From contig CAVWPA010000003.1 in assembly GCA_963756875.1 (NCBI GenBank), forward strand, positions 1,696,001 through 1,760,000: a stretch of 64,000 nt of DNA, written 5' to 3'. This document shows positions 52,194 to 61,993 of this stretch, piece after piece (the first letter of the stretch is position 1; every line of letters starts with the position of its first letter). A model generated the notes under the pieces. The model had not been told where the DNA came from. It was given only the letters and a program-made list of their open reading frames with translations, and searched no databases. Position numbers and translations under genes: made by a program. This stretch comes from an uncultured Verrucomicrobiae bacterium. GTDB taxonomy: Bacteria; Verrucomicrobiota; Verrucomicrobiia; Chthoniobacterales; UBA10450.

Positions 52194-53789
52194 ATGGAGC
52201 AAAACCCGCCGCCATTTCCGTCACCGGAAGAGTTAAAGTCCAAGATCACGGAGTTCATGAAACAGAACTTCGGCGATCGCGTGTCGGTCGCGACATTTCC
52301 GCAACCGGAGACCGAAGAGGCGCAGACCGAGGAGTCGCCGGAAAAGAGCGACGGCCTGGAGTTCGAATTCAATTTTCTGCCGCGCGACATTAAGACGCAT
52401 CTGGACCGGTTCGTAATCAAACAGGATGAAGCGAAAAAGGTCCTCTCGATCGCCGTTTGCGATCATTATAACCACGCAAAATTCCTGCACCGGCTGGAGA
52501 AGGAAGATCCGCATCGGGCCGAGACGACTGAGTACGCGAAACAAAATGTGATTTTGGTCGGACCGACCGGCGTCGGAAAAACGTATCTGATCAAACATAT
52601 CGCCGATTTGATCAAGGTCCCGTTTGTGAAAGCGGATGCGACCAAGTTTAGTGAGACAGGATATGTGGGGGGCGACGTGGAAGATCTGGTGCGGGAACTT
52701 ATCGGCAAAGCCGATGGCGACCTGAATCGCGCTCAATTTGGGATCATTTACATTGATGAGATCGATAAGATCGCTTCCGCGGGAAACATGATTGGACGCG
52801 ATGTGAGCGGCCGCGGCGTGCAAACTACGCTGCTTAAGCTTATGGAAGAAACCGAAGTGCCGGTGCGCAGCATGAACGATCTCCAGGCGCAGTTGCAGGC
52901 TGCGTTCGAATTTCAGAGGCGCGGCGGCAAGGCGAAACGGGAAACGATCAATACCCGCCATATTCTCTTCGTGGTAAGCGGCGCCTTTGAGAAATTAAAA
53001 GAGCAGGTCGCGCGACGCGTCCGGCAGGGACAGATCGGGTTCAGTGCTTCTCCGGTGCAGGTGATGGACAACCAATTGTTCCAGTACGTGACCACGCAGG
53101 ATTTTGTCGAATACGGTTTCGAGCCGGAATTCATCGGCCGTCTGCCGGTGCGCGTGGTTTGCGAAGACCTTGATGCCGCCGATCTCTTCGAGATCATGAA
53201 ATGTTCCGAAGGCAGTCTGCTGCGCCAATACGAGCGCGCTTTTCAGGCGTACGGGATCGGGATTAGCTTTGATGATGAGGCTTTGCGTTTGCTTGCCGAG
53301 GCGGCGGCGAAAGAGAAGACCGGCGCGAGGGGATTGCTGACAGTATTTGAAAAGTTGTTCCGCGATTATAAGTATTACCTGGCCGGATCGGGGTTGAGCC
53401 AGTTGCGCGTGACGGCGGAGCTGGTTCGGGAACCAAGGCGAGTGCTTGACCGGCTCATGGCCGAAGGGCACAAGCAGGAGAGACAGACCCTGGAAGCAGG
53501 GGCTCGCCAGTTCGCGGAGAGATTTAAGAACCAGTATGGCATCGAACTTGTTTTTAGTGAGGCGGCTTTGCACCGTTTGATCGAGCGAGCTCACACAGAG
53601 CGAATGACCATGGAGGAACTTTGCGCCCATCTATTCAAGGATTACCAATTTGGACTGACCCTGATTCGAAAAAACAATGGGCGGACCCAATTCGTTCTGG
53701 ATGCGGCGGCGGTGGATGCGCCGGACAAGTTCCTGAGCGAAATGGTGGTGCAATCCTACTACCCGGGTGCATCGCAGCAGAAGACGTAG
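52194..53789 (+). CDS. ClpX-like AAA+ unfoldase (atypical architecture)
   Basis: [30 protein letters not shown] loop, [14 protein letters not shown]. Confidence 0.9.
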   Translation: MEQNPPPFPSPEELKSKITEFMKQNFGDRVSVATFPQPETEEAQTEESPEKSDGLEFEFNFLPRDIKTHLDRFVIKQDEAKKVLSIAVCDHYNHAKFLHRLEKEDPHRAETTEYAKQNVILVGPTGVGKTYLIKHIADLIKVPFVKADATKFSETGYVGGDVEDLVRELIGKADGDLNRAQFGIIYIDEIDKIASAGNMIGRDVSGRGVQTTLLKLMEETEVPVRSMNDLQAQLQAAFEFQRRGGKAKRETINTRHILFVVSGAFEKLKEQVARRVRQGQIGFSASPVQVMDNQLFQYVTTQDFVEYGFEPEFIGRLPVRVVCEDLDAADLFEIMKCSEGSLLRQYERAFQAYGIGISFDDEALRLLAEAAAKEKTGARGLLTVFEKLFRDYKYYLAGSGLSQLRVTAELVREPRRVLDRLMAEGHKQERQTLEAGARQFAERFKNQYGIELVFSEAALHRLIERAHTERMTMEELCAHLFKDYQFGLTLIRKNNGRTQFVLDAAAVDAPDKFLSEMVVQSYYPGASQQKT

Positions 53790-53796
53790 CTAACTG

Positions 53797-55050
53797 ATGA
53801 AACGGTCGCTGATCGAAGTTCTGGTAATTGCGTTTCTGGTGGCCGCAGTCATCGCAGCGCTCCATGCCAGCGGGCGTTTCCAGCATTTGGAAATGGCGGC
53901 CGCCCAATTCATTTCGTCCTACGGATCGGCGACGAGGGTGGTCGCGAATAAATGGCAATATCTGTTCATCGTCATTGCCGCGCTTGGTATCACGTGGTTG
54001 ACATTGACCAGTTTGCGACGCGGCCGCATCGGGTTGCTGGCAGTAGTGTTGATAGCGGAATTGGTCGGCGTCGCCTGGATTTGCTCGCTTTACCGGATTT
54101 TCTTTCAACCGGTACCGACGATTTGCGTCCTCGCTCTCGGTTACGTCGTGACAAACGGTTATGGAACCGTCATGGAGCGGACCCGTTCGCGCACCGCGAG
54201 AGCATTCTTTAGCGACCGCCTGTCGAAAGAGCAGGTTCACCGTGTGATCGCCGGGGACATCCCATTTGAGCCGGAAGCGAAGACTTACCAGGTCACGGTC
54301 GTGGTCTGTGACGTCGCCAACAAATACGATCTGGCCGAAGAATGTGCGCCCGACATATTTGCGCAGGTAACCGAGAGATTTATTGGTCGCGCGACCGAGC
54401 TTTTCCTGGAAGCCGGGGCTTATATTCAGGCTGCCGATGGCGAAGGCGTCGTCGCTCTTTTCGGGTTCCCCGATCCGGATGCGCACCATGGCGACAAGTC
54501 CGTCCGAGTCGCGCTCGACTTGCTCAACCAGTTTCGCGATTTCCGCCAAAATAACGGCGAAATCTCGAGCAAGTGTGATGTGCACCTCGGTATCAGTTCC
54601 GGGACGATGATTGTCGCTCCGTTTCGGGACGGCGAACGCCCCGGCCTCCTGACCAGCGGCGAGCCGGTCGAACTGGCACGACGCTTCTGTGTGGCGAACC
54701 GTTTCTACGGGTCGCGTATCCTGATTGGTCCCCGCACGTTCGAGCTGGCGAGCCGGTATATCGTTGCCCGCCCGATCGATTTTCTTAGTGGAGTTAATTC
54801 GCGCGAGCGCCATGAAATTTATGAGCCCCTCTGGCTTGCCTCGGAAGCCAAGCCGGAACAGTTGGCCCGGCGCGATTCGTTTTGGAACGGAGTCGTGTTC
54901 TATCGTGAGAAACGTTGGGCGGAAGCATACTTCGAATTTCAAAAGGCGCACGACCCTGCCGAGGAGCAGGAGGACGCGCCGCTTCAGCTCTATCTGCGCC
55001 GGCTGGAGCCGCTGGCGTTGCATCTGACGACTGAATCGCAGGAGGCATAA
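53797..55050 (+). CDS. membrane-anchored class III adenylate/guanylate cyclase-like protein (degenerate)
   Basis: N-terminal TMs, then cyclase-fold motifs TVVVCD, DGEGVVALFGFP, HLGISSG, GEPVELARR, YGSRILI. Confidence 0.8.
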   Translation: MKRSLIEVLVIAFLVAAVIAALHASGRFQHLEMAAAQFISSYGSATRVVANKWQYLFIVIAALGITWLTLTSLRRGRIGLLAVVLIAELVGVAWICSLYRIFFQPVPTICVLALGYVVTNGYGTVMERTRSRTARAFFSDRLSKEQVHRVIAGDIPFEPEAKTYQVTVVVCDVANKYDLAEECAPDIFAQVTERFIGRATELFLEAGAYIQAADGEGVVALFGFPDPDAHHGDKSVRVALDLLNQFRDFRQNNGEISSKCDVHLGISSGTMIVAPFRDGERPGLLTSGEPVELARRFCVANRFYGSRILIGPRTFELASRYIVARPIDFLSGVNSRERHEIYEPLWLASEAKPEQLARRDSFWNGVVFYREKRWAEAYFEFQKAHDPAEEQEDAPLQLYLRRLEPLALHLTTESQEA

Positions 55051-55327
55051 GGAGACCGTTGAAATACTGGAGAGGGTCGCGCGTAGAAGGCAGAAGGGGC
55101 GGATGGCAAGGAGCGAGTGAGGCGCATCCCCTTTATGGGGCTGTAACGAACGAGCGGCGCGGCCAGGCGCCCCTTCTGACTCGCGCCCGAAGGGTTGTGT
55201 CGATTTTGCCGCTGGCCGGCGTTGCTCGCCTGGCCGAGATCGCTGGAGATATCGGCACTGCGCTCGCGCCTTGGCCAGCGCCAAAATCGGCAGCAACGCG
55301 GCCCACTCCAGTATTTCAACAGTCTCC
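55051..55327. mobile_element. non-autonomous MITE, 277 bp, 31-bp imperfect terminal inverted repeats
   Basis: Left GGAGACCGTTGAAATACTGGAGAGGGTCGCG vs right reverse complement GGAGACTGTTGAAATACTGGAGTGGGCCGCG (28/31); flanked by TAA and TAG. Confidence 0.8.
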
Positions 55328-55342
55328 TAGGCGACTGTCGTT

Positions 55343-55948
55343 TTGAAAAGGACGGAGTACCCGCCTGCGCTGCGGGATTTAGTCGCCCGGCTTCGCCGAA
55401 TGCCGGGTATCGGCCCGCGTTCCGCCGAGCGCATCGCGCTTTGGGTGGTGCAGGCGCGGGAAGATCAGCCGGAACAGATTGCGCGGGCCATCACCGAGAC
55501 GCGGCGCGACATTCATCCCTGCAAGTTGTGCGGATATTTCACAACGAATGAGATCTGCGACATTTGCTCCGATCCGGCGCGCGCGGCCGATCTTCTCTGT
55601 GTTGTCGAACAACCGACCGATATTCTGCCACTGGAGAAGTCGCGCGCATTCCGTGGACGCTATCACTCATTAGGCGGCCGCATTTCTCCCCTCGATCACA
55701 TCGGCCCCGAACACTTGCGAATTAAGGAACTCCTCGATCGCGTCGATCGCGAGAAATTTTCCGAAGTCATTTTTGCGCTGGCAGCCGACGTGGAAGGCGA
55801 GGCGACCACGAATTATCTCGTCGATCTTTTAAAGAACAGGCCGGTAAAGCTCACCAGGATTGCTCGCGGCCTGCCCGCCGGCGCCGCCCTCGAGTCGGCC
55901 GACGAGCTGACACTTTCTCAAGCCATGACCGGCCGGACGAATCTGTAG
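55343..55948 (+). CDS. recR: recombination mediator RecR
   Basis: MPGIGPRSAERIA HhH, CKLC..CDIC Zn finger, YHSLGGRISPL, EGEAT, TRIARGLP. Confidence 0.96.
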   Translation: MKRTEYPPALRDLVARLRRMPGIGPRSAERIALWVVQAREDQPEQIARAITETRRDIHPCKLCGYFTTNEICDICSDPARAADLLCVVEQPTDILPLEKSRAFRGRYHSLGGRISPLDHIGPEHLRIKELLDRVDREKFSEVIFALAADVEGEATTNYLVDLLKNRPVKLTRIARGLPAGAALESADELTLSQAMTGRTNL

Positions 55949-55951
55949 ATG

Positions 55952-56022
55952 AGCTTTAAGTCTTAAGTGTTAAGTTTTAAGAGATTTGCCAGGCGGGCAC
56001 TTAAAACTTAAAACTGAAAACT
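55952..56022. repeat. inverted heptamer array (AGTTTTA)n / (TAAAACT)n
   Basis: AGCTTTA AGTCTTA AGTGTTA AGTTTTA ... CTTAAAACTTAAAACTGAAAACT between recR and lipA. Confidence 0.75.
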
Positions 56023-56028
56023 CCGAAC

Positions 56029-56919
56029 ATGCCCTGCGCAAAAATCGATCCGGCCCTGCATCAGGCGCATAAACCGCCCTGGATCAAGGTGCGGTTGCCG
56101 TCGAACCCTATTTTCTTTTCGACGAAGGCGCTCATTTCCGATTTGCAGCTGCACACGGTCTGCGAAAGCGCCCAATGCCCGAACCGGTGGGAATGCTGGA
56201 GCCAGGGTACCGCCACTTTCATGATCGCAGGAGATCGTTGCACGCGTGCGTGTGGATTTTGCGCGGTGCAGACGGCAAAACCATTTGCGCTGGAGGAAGA
56301 CGAGCCGCAGCGCGTGGCCGAAGCGGTGCAGCGTATGAAACTGAAACATGTCGTTATCACCGCCGTCGCGCGCGACGATTTGGAAGATGGCGGCGCCAAT
56401 CATTTCGCGCGGGTGATCACCGCGATTCGCAAAATGGAGCCGTCCATCATCGTCGAAGTTCTGGTGCCGGATTTTCATGCCCGGGACTGGTGCATTCAGG
56501 CCGTGCTCGATGCCGGCCCCGACATTTACAATCACAATTTGGAAACGGTTGAGCGGTTGACGCCCCTTGTCAGGTCGCGCGCGAAATATCGCACTTCTCT
56601 GGAAGTGTTGCAGCGCGCCAGGGAACTTTCGCCGAACACGGTGACGAAGAGCGGCGTGATGCTCGGTCTTGGCGAGACCGGGCCCGAGCTGTTCCAAACC
56701 ATGGACGATTTGCGCGGCGTCGGTTGTCAGGTCCTCACAATGGGACAATACCTGCGACCATCGCAGAAACATTTGCCTGTCGTGGATTACATTACGCCCG
56801 CGCAATTTGAGGTCTACGGCGAGATCGCGCGCGAAAAAGGATTCGAACACGTCGCGTCCGGTCCGCTGGTGCGGAGCTCGTATCACGCGGCCGATTTTCA
56901 TCCGGTCGTGCGCCGATGA
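56029..56919 (+). CDS. lipA: lipoyl synthase
   Basis: CX4CX5C (CESAQCPNRWEC), CX3CX2C (CTRACGFC), RSSY. Confidence 0.98.
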   Translation: MPCAKIDPALHQAHKPPWIKVRLPSNPIFFSTKALISDLQLHTVCESAQCPNRWECWSQGTATFMIAGDRCTRACGFCAVQTAKPFALEEDEPQRVAEAVQRMKLKHVVITAVARDDLEDGGANHFARVITAIRKMEPSIIVEVLVPDFHARDWCIQAVLDAGPDIYNHNLETVERLTPLVRSRAKYRTSLEVLQRARELSPNTVTKSGVMLGLGETGPELFQTMDDLRGVGCQVLTMGQYLRPSQKHLPVVDYITPAQFEVYGEIAREKGFEHVASGPLVRSSYHAADFHPVVRR

Positions 56920-57611
56920 CGGAACGGGACCGGCTCGCCGAGGTTCGATCCAGGGTTGGCGTGATCGTTCCCGCTTACCACGAAGAAAAACATATCGGCG
57001 AAGTCGTATTGCGAACACGGGCCCAATTGGACCATGTTCTCGTGGTCGATGACGGTTCCGCCGACAAAACCGCCGAACACGCGCGCGTGGCCGGCGCCGA
57101 AGTCGTCGTTCATTCGCAAAATCGTGGCAAAGGCGAAACGATCAAAACCGGTTTGCGCTACTGGCTGGATCGGCAAATGGATTTCGTGATCGTGCTCGAC
57201 GCGGACGGCCAACATCGTCCCGAAGAAATCGATCGCTTTGTTTCGATGGCTGCATCGGATGACGTTGCGCTGGTCGTGGGCAACAGAATGGACGACGTCA
57301 GTCGCATGCCGCGCGTGCGCCGGATGGTCAATCGCTACATGAGCAAAAAAATCAGCGGCATTTGTGGACAGGAAATACCCGACACGCAGTGCGGATTTCG
57401 CATGTTGCACCGGCGTTTGATTCCCGAGTTGCTAGGCGGTGGGGCTCGTTTCGATTACGAGACGGAAATGCTCATCCTTGCCAGCCGTAAAGGCTTTCGA
57501 ATCGATTCAGTCCCGATCAGCACGGTTTATTCCGATGAAGTCAGTAGCATTCATCCGGTGAGGGACACCCTCCGCTTTTTCAAATTGATGCGGCGTTACA
57601 AAAAGCTGTAG
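56916..57611 (+). CDS. GT2 (DPM1-like) glycosyltransferase
   Basis: VPAYHEE, VDDGS, NRGKG, DADGQH, DTQCGFR. Confidence 0.93.
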   Translation: MTERDRLAEVRSRVGVIVPAYHEEKHIGEVVLRTRAQLDHVLVVDDGSADKTAEHARVAGAEVVVHSQNRGKGETIKTGLRYWLDRQMDFVIVLDADGQHRPEEIDRFVSMAASDDVALVVGNRMDDVSRMPRVRRMVNRYMSKKISGICGQEIPDTQCGFRMLHRRLIPELLGGGARFDYETEMLILASRKGFRIDSVPISTVYSDEVSSIHPVRDTLRFFKLMRRYKKL

Positions 57612-57664
57612 TCACGGCTCTGCGAGCCGTTTCCGCCGCGCCGCACAGCGACGCGATCAACCAC

Positions 57665-58546
57665 TCACGGTTTCTTCGCCGGCAACGGTTTGCTGCTCTT
57701 TATGATCTCCGATTCCGGCGTGAGCTTGGGCGGTTTGCCGCTAAAAATCACCCGGTTTGGTTTCTCGGCGAGCTCGTCCACGAGCGCTTTGGCATGCGTG
57801 GTGACCACTTTCAAATTCAGCAGGATCACGTGCAGCTCTCTCATTTGATCCTGCAGTTGTTTGTCCGTCGTGCCGACAAACATGTTTGCCGTGTTAAGAA
57901 ACGTATCGCCATCCTTGGCGACAGTCCCGAGGCTTGTCACGACATTCTGCAGATTGTCCACGTCCGATTTTAGCGAATCCGCCAGCGGTCCAAGCTTTGG
58001 CATGAAGCCGCCCAGGTCGGTCTTCAAATCGGTGACGGTGAGATTGAGATTATCCAACAGCTTGTTGGCGTTTTCGAAAAGGGGACCAGCCGCCGCAGTG
58101 ATCTGTTCGATTCCGTACGCGGGATGTCCTTCGATGGCAGCATTATTCGCGAGCGTCTTCCCGCCTGGTGTGCCGGCGGAGAGCGCGACAAATTTCGGCG
58201 CCAGCAGCGTGTCGGAGCTGAGTGTGGCCGTGACATCGGCCGGCAGTGGCGGGATATCGTCGTTGAGATCCACGGTAACGATCACTGCATCTTTTTTATT
58301 TTCCGATTTTTCGCGTTCCGTCGCCGTAAGGTGGCGCATGGCGATTACGCGGCCGGCGGGAGCACCGGCGTAGCGTACCTCGGAGTGCACTTTGATTCCG
58401 GTCACGTCTTCGTATTTAATTTGCAAGGTGCGCGTCGGTTTGTTCAACCGATAACCGGTGAGCGCAAACGTTAACGCGCCGAGCAAGACAATGCTGCAGG
58501 CAATGACCGAGAGGGCCACGATATAGTCGGAGAGATTTTTCTTCAT
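57665..58546 (-). CDS. mlaD: MCE/MlaD-family protein
   Basis: N-terminal TM, GIKVHSEVRYAGAPAGRV MCE motif, helical tail. Confidence 0.88.
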   Translation of the reverse strand: MKKNLSDYIVALSVIACSIVLLGALTFALTGYRLNKPTRTLQIKYEDVTGIKVHSEVRYAGAPAGRVIAMRHLTATEREKSENKKDAVIVTVDLNDDIPPLPADVTATLSSDTLLAPKFVALSAGTPGGKTLANNAAIEGHPAYGIEQITAAAGPLFENANKLLDNLNLTVTDLKTDLGGFMPKLGPLADSLKSDVDNLQNVVTSLGTVAKDGDTFLNTANMFVGTTDKQLQDQMRELHVILLNLKVVTTHAKALVDELAEKPNRVIFSGKPPKLTPESEIIKSSKPLPAKKP

Positions 58547-59400
58547 ATCCGTTTGCGATGGAACCGTCCACGCGCGGCGAAGAATGGCCGCGGCTTCACA
58601 TACTGATGATGTTCGTGCTCGTCTTGCGAGAGATTTAACGGAATCGGTCCATCGGCTTCGCCGTTGATGAATTGTTGCACTTCCGGGTTGGGACTGGTGC
58701 GGATTTCATCGGGTGTGCCCTGCGCCACAATTGAGCCGTGACCGAGCATGATCATACGCGTCGCGATCCGAAACGCGCTCGTCATGTCGTGGGTCACGAC
58801 GACCGCCGTCATGTGGCTGCCGTGCGTGAGCTTTAATGTTAGTTGATCGACCACTGCGGTCATAATCGGATCCAGGCCGGATGTTGGCTCATCGCTGAAA
58901 AGCAGTTCGGGATTGAGCGCAAGGGCGCGCGCCAGACCAACGCGCTTTTTCATGCCTCCGCTGATTTCGGCCGGCTTCAGGTTTTCAAATCCGCTCAACC
59001 CGACCATTTGTAATTTTTGCCTGACCACTTCCTCAATTTCATCGATCGACATCCGGGTATGCTGCAACAACGGCAGCGCAACATTTTCGCCAACGGTAAG
59101 TGAAGCGAGTAGCGCCCCAGATTGAAACAACATTCCGAAGCGTTTTCGCACGTTGGCGATCTCGCGCTCGTCCATCATCGTGACTTCTTTCCCGAAAATC
59201 TTCACCGAGCCGGACGTCGGTTTCATCGAGCCGATGATATGCCGCAGGAGCGTGCTTTTGCCACAACCGCTTCCGCCCATGATAACGAGTGTCTCGCCCC
59301 GATGAATGTTAAACGAGATATCGTTGATCACAGCGCGATTGCCGAATCTTCGGACAAGATTGGCGACCTCGATAACCGGGGAGTCAGCGGGAGCGGGCAT
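58543..59400 (-). CDS. mlaF: MlaF-family ABC ATPase
   Basis: GGSGCGKST, LFQSGAL, ISGGMKKRVGLARA, DEPTSGLDP; likely start MPAPADS at 59400. Confidence 0.92.
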   Translation of the reverse strand: MPAPADSPVIEVANLVRRFGNRAVINDISFNIHRGETLVIMGGSGCGKSTLLRHIIGSMKPTSGSVKIFGKEVTMMDEREIANVRKRFGMLFQSGALLASLTVGENVALPLLQHTRMSIDEIEEVVRQKLQMVGLSGFENLKPAEISGGMKKRVGLARALALNPELLFSDEPTSGLDPIMTAVVDQLTLKLTHGSHMTAVVVTHDMTSAFRIATRMIMLGHGSIVAQGTPDEIRTSPNPEVQQFINGEADGPIPLNLSQDEHEHHQYVKPRPFFAARGRFHRKRI

Positions 59401-59482
59401 GATCAAAAATGACGAAAGAATGCCGAAGCTGGAATGACGAAAAAAACGTCCCGCGTCCTTTCGGCTTCTGGCTTCGTCTGTC

Positions 59483-59625
59483 TTTCGTGCTTTCTCATCC
59501 GGATTTGGCGGTTCCTCCCGCTCCTCCAAATCTTGGAGAAGATAAGATGCCGCTCTTTTGCTTCAATCCAAAGTTCCTTTGCTCGCGGTTTTAATTCTGG
59601 CACTGCGCGAACCGACATACAGAGA
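59483..59625 (-). pseudogene. remnant (C-terminal part) of a four-helix-bundle protein gene
   Basis: Translates as SVRAVPELKPRAKELWIEAKERHLIFSKIWRS, resembling the TIGR02436-type C-terminal helix; flanked by AATGAC-type repeats; boundaries approximate. Confidence 0.55.
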
Positions 59626-59676
59626 AAAGATTTGGTCATTCTTTTGTGGTTGGTCATTCGTGCTTCGTAATTTGCT

Positions 59677-60417
59677 TCAGCCGCTGAAGAAAAAGATCCC
59701 GGTGAGCACGGCGTTCATCACCAGCATGGCGAGCAATGCTTGCACGACCGAAGAGGTGGTGGACTGACCGACGCCTTCCGCTCCGCCTTCGACGTGGAGT
59801 CCCGCGTTGCACGCGATCGTAATGATTAGCCAGGCAAACACGCCGCTCTTGATCATGCCCGAGTACAAATCCCACGTGTCCGCGCTCTGCAGGGCCCGCA
59901 GCACATACCCTGCGGTGTTGAAATCGAGGGCGAATCGGCAGACCGCCCATCCACCGAACACGCCGACGTAATTCCCCAGGATGGTGAGTGCGGGCAACAT
60001 AACGAGCATCGCAAGAAAGCGGGGCACGACGAGATACTCAACCGGGTTGATCGCCATGACCTCAAGGGCTTCGATCTCTTCGGATACTTTCATCGTTCCC
60101 AATTCCGCCGCGACGGCCGATCCGCTGCGGCCAATCACGATCACCGCGATCAGAACCGGTCCCATTTCGCGCAGGATCGTCACCATCACCAGATCAGGCA
60201 CGTACATTTCCGCCCCGAGTTGTTGGAGCGAATGCGCAGCCTGCATGGCCAGCGTCACGCCCACGCTGAAGGCGGTCAGCGCAACCATTGGCGTAGCGCG
60301 CACACCGATAAAGACCATTTGCCGAAAGATCGGAGAGATTTTGAAAAATCGTCCGGTGAACGGCGCGACAAACACCCAGTAAAGGAGGCTAAGGTTAAGC
60401 TGGAGATAATTCTTCAA
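59677..60417 (-). CDS. mlaE: MlaE-family ABC permease
   Basis: REMGPVL, GRSGSAVAAELGTMKVSEEIEAL, LVVPR, GGAEGVG. Confidence 0.93.
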   Translation of the reverse strand: MKNYLQLNLSLLYWVFVAPFTGRFFKISPIFRQMVFIGVRATPMVALTAFSVGVTLAMQAAHSLQQLGAEMYVPDLVMVTILREMGPVLIAVIVIGRSGSAVAAELGTMKVSEEIEALEVMAINPVEYLVVPRFLAMLVMLPALTILGNYVGVFGGWAVCRFALDFNTAGYVLRALQSADTWDLYSGMIKSGVFAWLIITIACNAGLHVEGGAEGVGQSTTSSVVQALLAMLVMNAVLTGIFFFSG

Positions 60418-60552
60418 GTATGGGAAGCGACCCGCGCGCAGAATGACAAGACAAGGGCGATGACAAAAGCCGAAAGTTCAGACAATTCAGCAATCGTTCC
60501 CTGAAAAAGGGGAGATGACGATGTTTCAAATGAATCCGGCGCGATGGGAAAA

Positions 60553-60614
60553 TTATAGCCGCCTTGCTCAGTCGAGGCGAAGTGGCACGCGCCGAGAGAG
60601 CGGCGCGGCTACAG
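60553..60614. repeat. REP-like inverted doublet
   Basis: TATAGCCGCCTTGCTCAGTCGAGGCG ... CGCGCCGAGAGAGCGGCGCGGCTACAG. Confidence 0.55.
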
Positions 60615-60615
60615 G

Positions 60616-61137
60616 CTAAATCAAGCCGCGCTTGTGAAAGTCCCCGAGGTTGCCGCCGGCGGAGCGTTCGATCATGTCGATCGTGAATTTGAGCAAACAA
60701 ACTTCCCACGCATCGTCCACGCCTTGAATGATGGCGCTTAACGGTTCCTGCATGTGTTCCACCTGCGACTTCGTTCGTGCTATAACAGCTTCCACAGGGT
60801 CGCGAAACGTGCGCTCGGTCACATCCGTCTTGCGAAACTGAAAGCCGTAGCGGAGCACAGCGATGTTGCGTGCGCGTTCGCGCAGTTGTTCAACATAATC
60901 CTCCGCTTTCTCGCCAAAGCCTTCCAGCAGAAGACGGCTGAAATGGTCCGGCGTGAGAATCTGCGGCCGGTCGGCGTGAATTTTGCCATCGCGTACGCGC
61001 ACTTCGTTCACGCGGTCCATCAATTCGGAAATGAGATAAAAACGAAAGCTTGTCGTGCCAAATGTGGCGATCTTTTGATCCGGCAGGAGAATCACCTGCG
61101 TGTTCTCAATCGCATATTGGAAATCGTGTTCCTTCAT
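60616..61137 (-). CDS. conserved hypothetical protein
   Basis: 173-aa ORF with family-like motifs (TFGTTSFRFYLISE, GVDDAWEVCLLKF); no function recognised. Confidence 0.8.
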   Translation of the reverse strand: MKEHDFQYAIENTQVILLPDQKIATFGTTSFRFYLISELMDRVNEVRVRDGKIHADRPQILTPDHFSRLLLEGFGEKAEDYVEQLRERARNIAVLRYGFQFRKTDVTERTFRDPVEAVIARTKSQVEHMQEPLSAIIQGVDDAWEVCLLKFTIDMIERSAGGNLGDFHKRGLI

Positions 61138-61305
61138 TTGCTGATTTTGACCCTAAGGTAGCACGAGTGTGTTACGATGCCGGAACAACTGCAGGGCGGC
61201 CCTGTCAGGGTCCCATTGGAAGCCGGCGGCCTCCCCTACAGATCATTAATTTCTGCCATACGAAGATCGGCCGCAAAATCAGGGTCGCCTGGCAAACCAC
61301 AACGG

Positions 61306-61944
61306 CTACTTCGCCGCGGGCGTTGCGGTTGGACTTTGCGAATTTGGAAAGAGGTAAAGGAATTTCGCGTAGCCTTCACTCTCCATCTTTTCGAGCGGAA
61401 CGAAGCGCAGCGCGGCGGAGTTGATGGCATAGCGCCGGCCGGTCGGCACCGACGCGTCCTGAAAGACATGGCCCAAGTGCGAATTGCTGCGGCGCGTGCG
61501 CACCTCCGTCCTTTGCATGCCAAAGGAGGTATCGCTTCTCTCGACCAGGCGCTCCGGCGAAATCGGCTTGGTAAAAGTCGGGCGCCCCGTATCGCTGTCG
61601 AATTTGTCCGTCGAGCTAAAGAGCGGTTCGCCCGTGATGATATCCACATAAATACCGGTGCGAGTATTGTCCCAGTAATCATTGTGAAACGCCGTCTCGG
61701 TCCCGTTTTCCCGGGTCACATGATATTGCACCTGGGTGAGCGTTGAGCGCAAAACCGAATCGGTCGGCACCGGTTTCAAATAACCCAGCGGATCGGTCAT
61801 CTTCTGCGCGGTTTGCGCATGCGCGAAGTAAAGAAATGCAGCCACCAGGCCAACGGCAACGGGTATACCAAACCACAGGCTCACCGGCAATTTATGATGA
61901 TGCCGGATGCGCGTGGATTTTATCTCTCCAGCAGTTGATCCCAT
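61306..61944 (-). CDS. MsrB-like protein lacking the catalytic cysteine, N-terminal TM/signal
   Basis: MsrB motifs GTE.AF, GEPLFSS.DKF, RTEVR, SHLGHVF but RYAINS instead of RYCINS; GGAGGA RBS before ATG 61944. Confidence 0.88.
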   Translation of the reverse strand: MGSTAGEIKSTRIRHHHKLPVSLWFGIPVAVGLVAAFLYFAHAQTAQKMTDPLGYLKPVPTDSVLRSTLTQVQYHVTRENGTETAFHNDYWDNTRTGIYVDIITGEPLFSSTDKFDSDTGRPTFTKPISPERLVERSDTSFGMQRTEVRTRRSNSHLGHVFQDASVPTGRRYAINSAALRFVPLEKMESEGYAKFLYLFPNSQSPTATPAAK

Positions 61945-61993
61945 ATCCTCCCTGATTACCAATTTAACGCGAGGCTGGCAACAAAGTTGCCGT

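Noticed and set aside
53635..55296. 553-aa minus-strand ORF (and similar long antisense ORFs at 21230-22489, 19182-20219, 56008-57018)
   Set aside because: Shadow frames opposite well-supported genes, expected at high GC; no recognisable motifs.
61420..61435. Selenocysteine MsrB
   Set aside because: The catalytic-position codon is GCC (Ala), not TGA.
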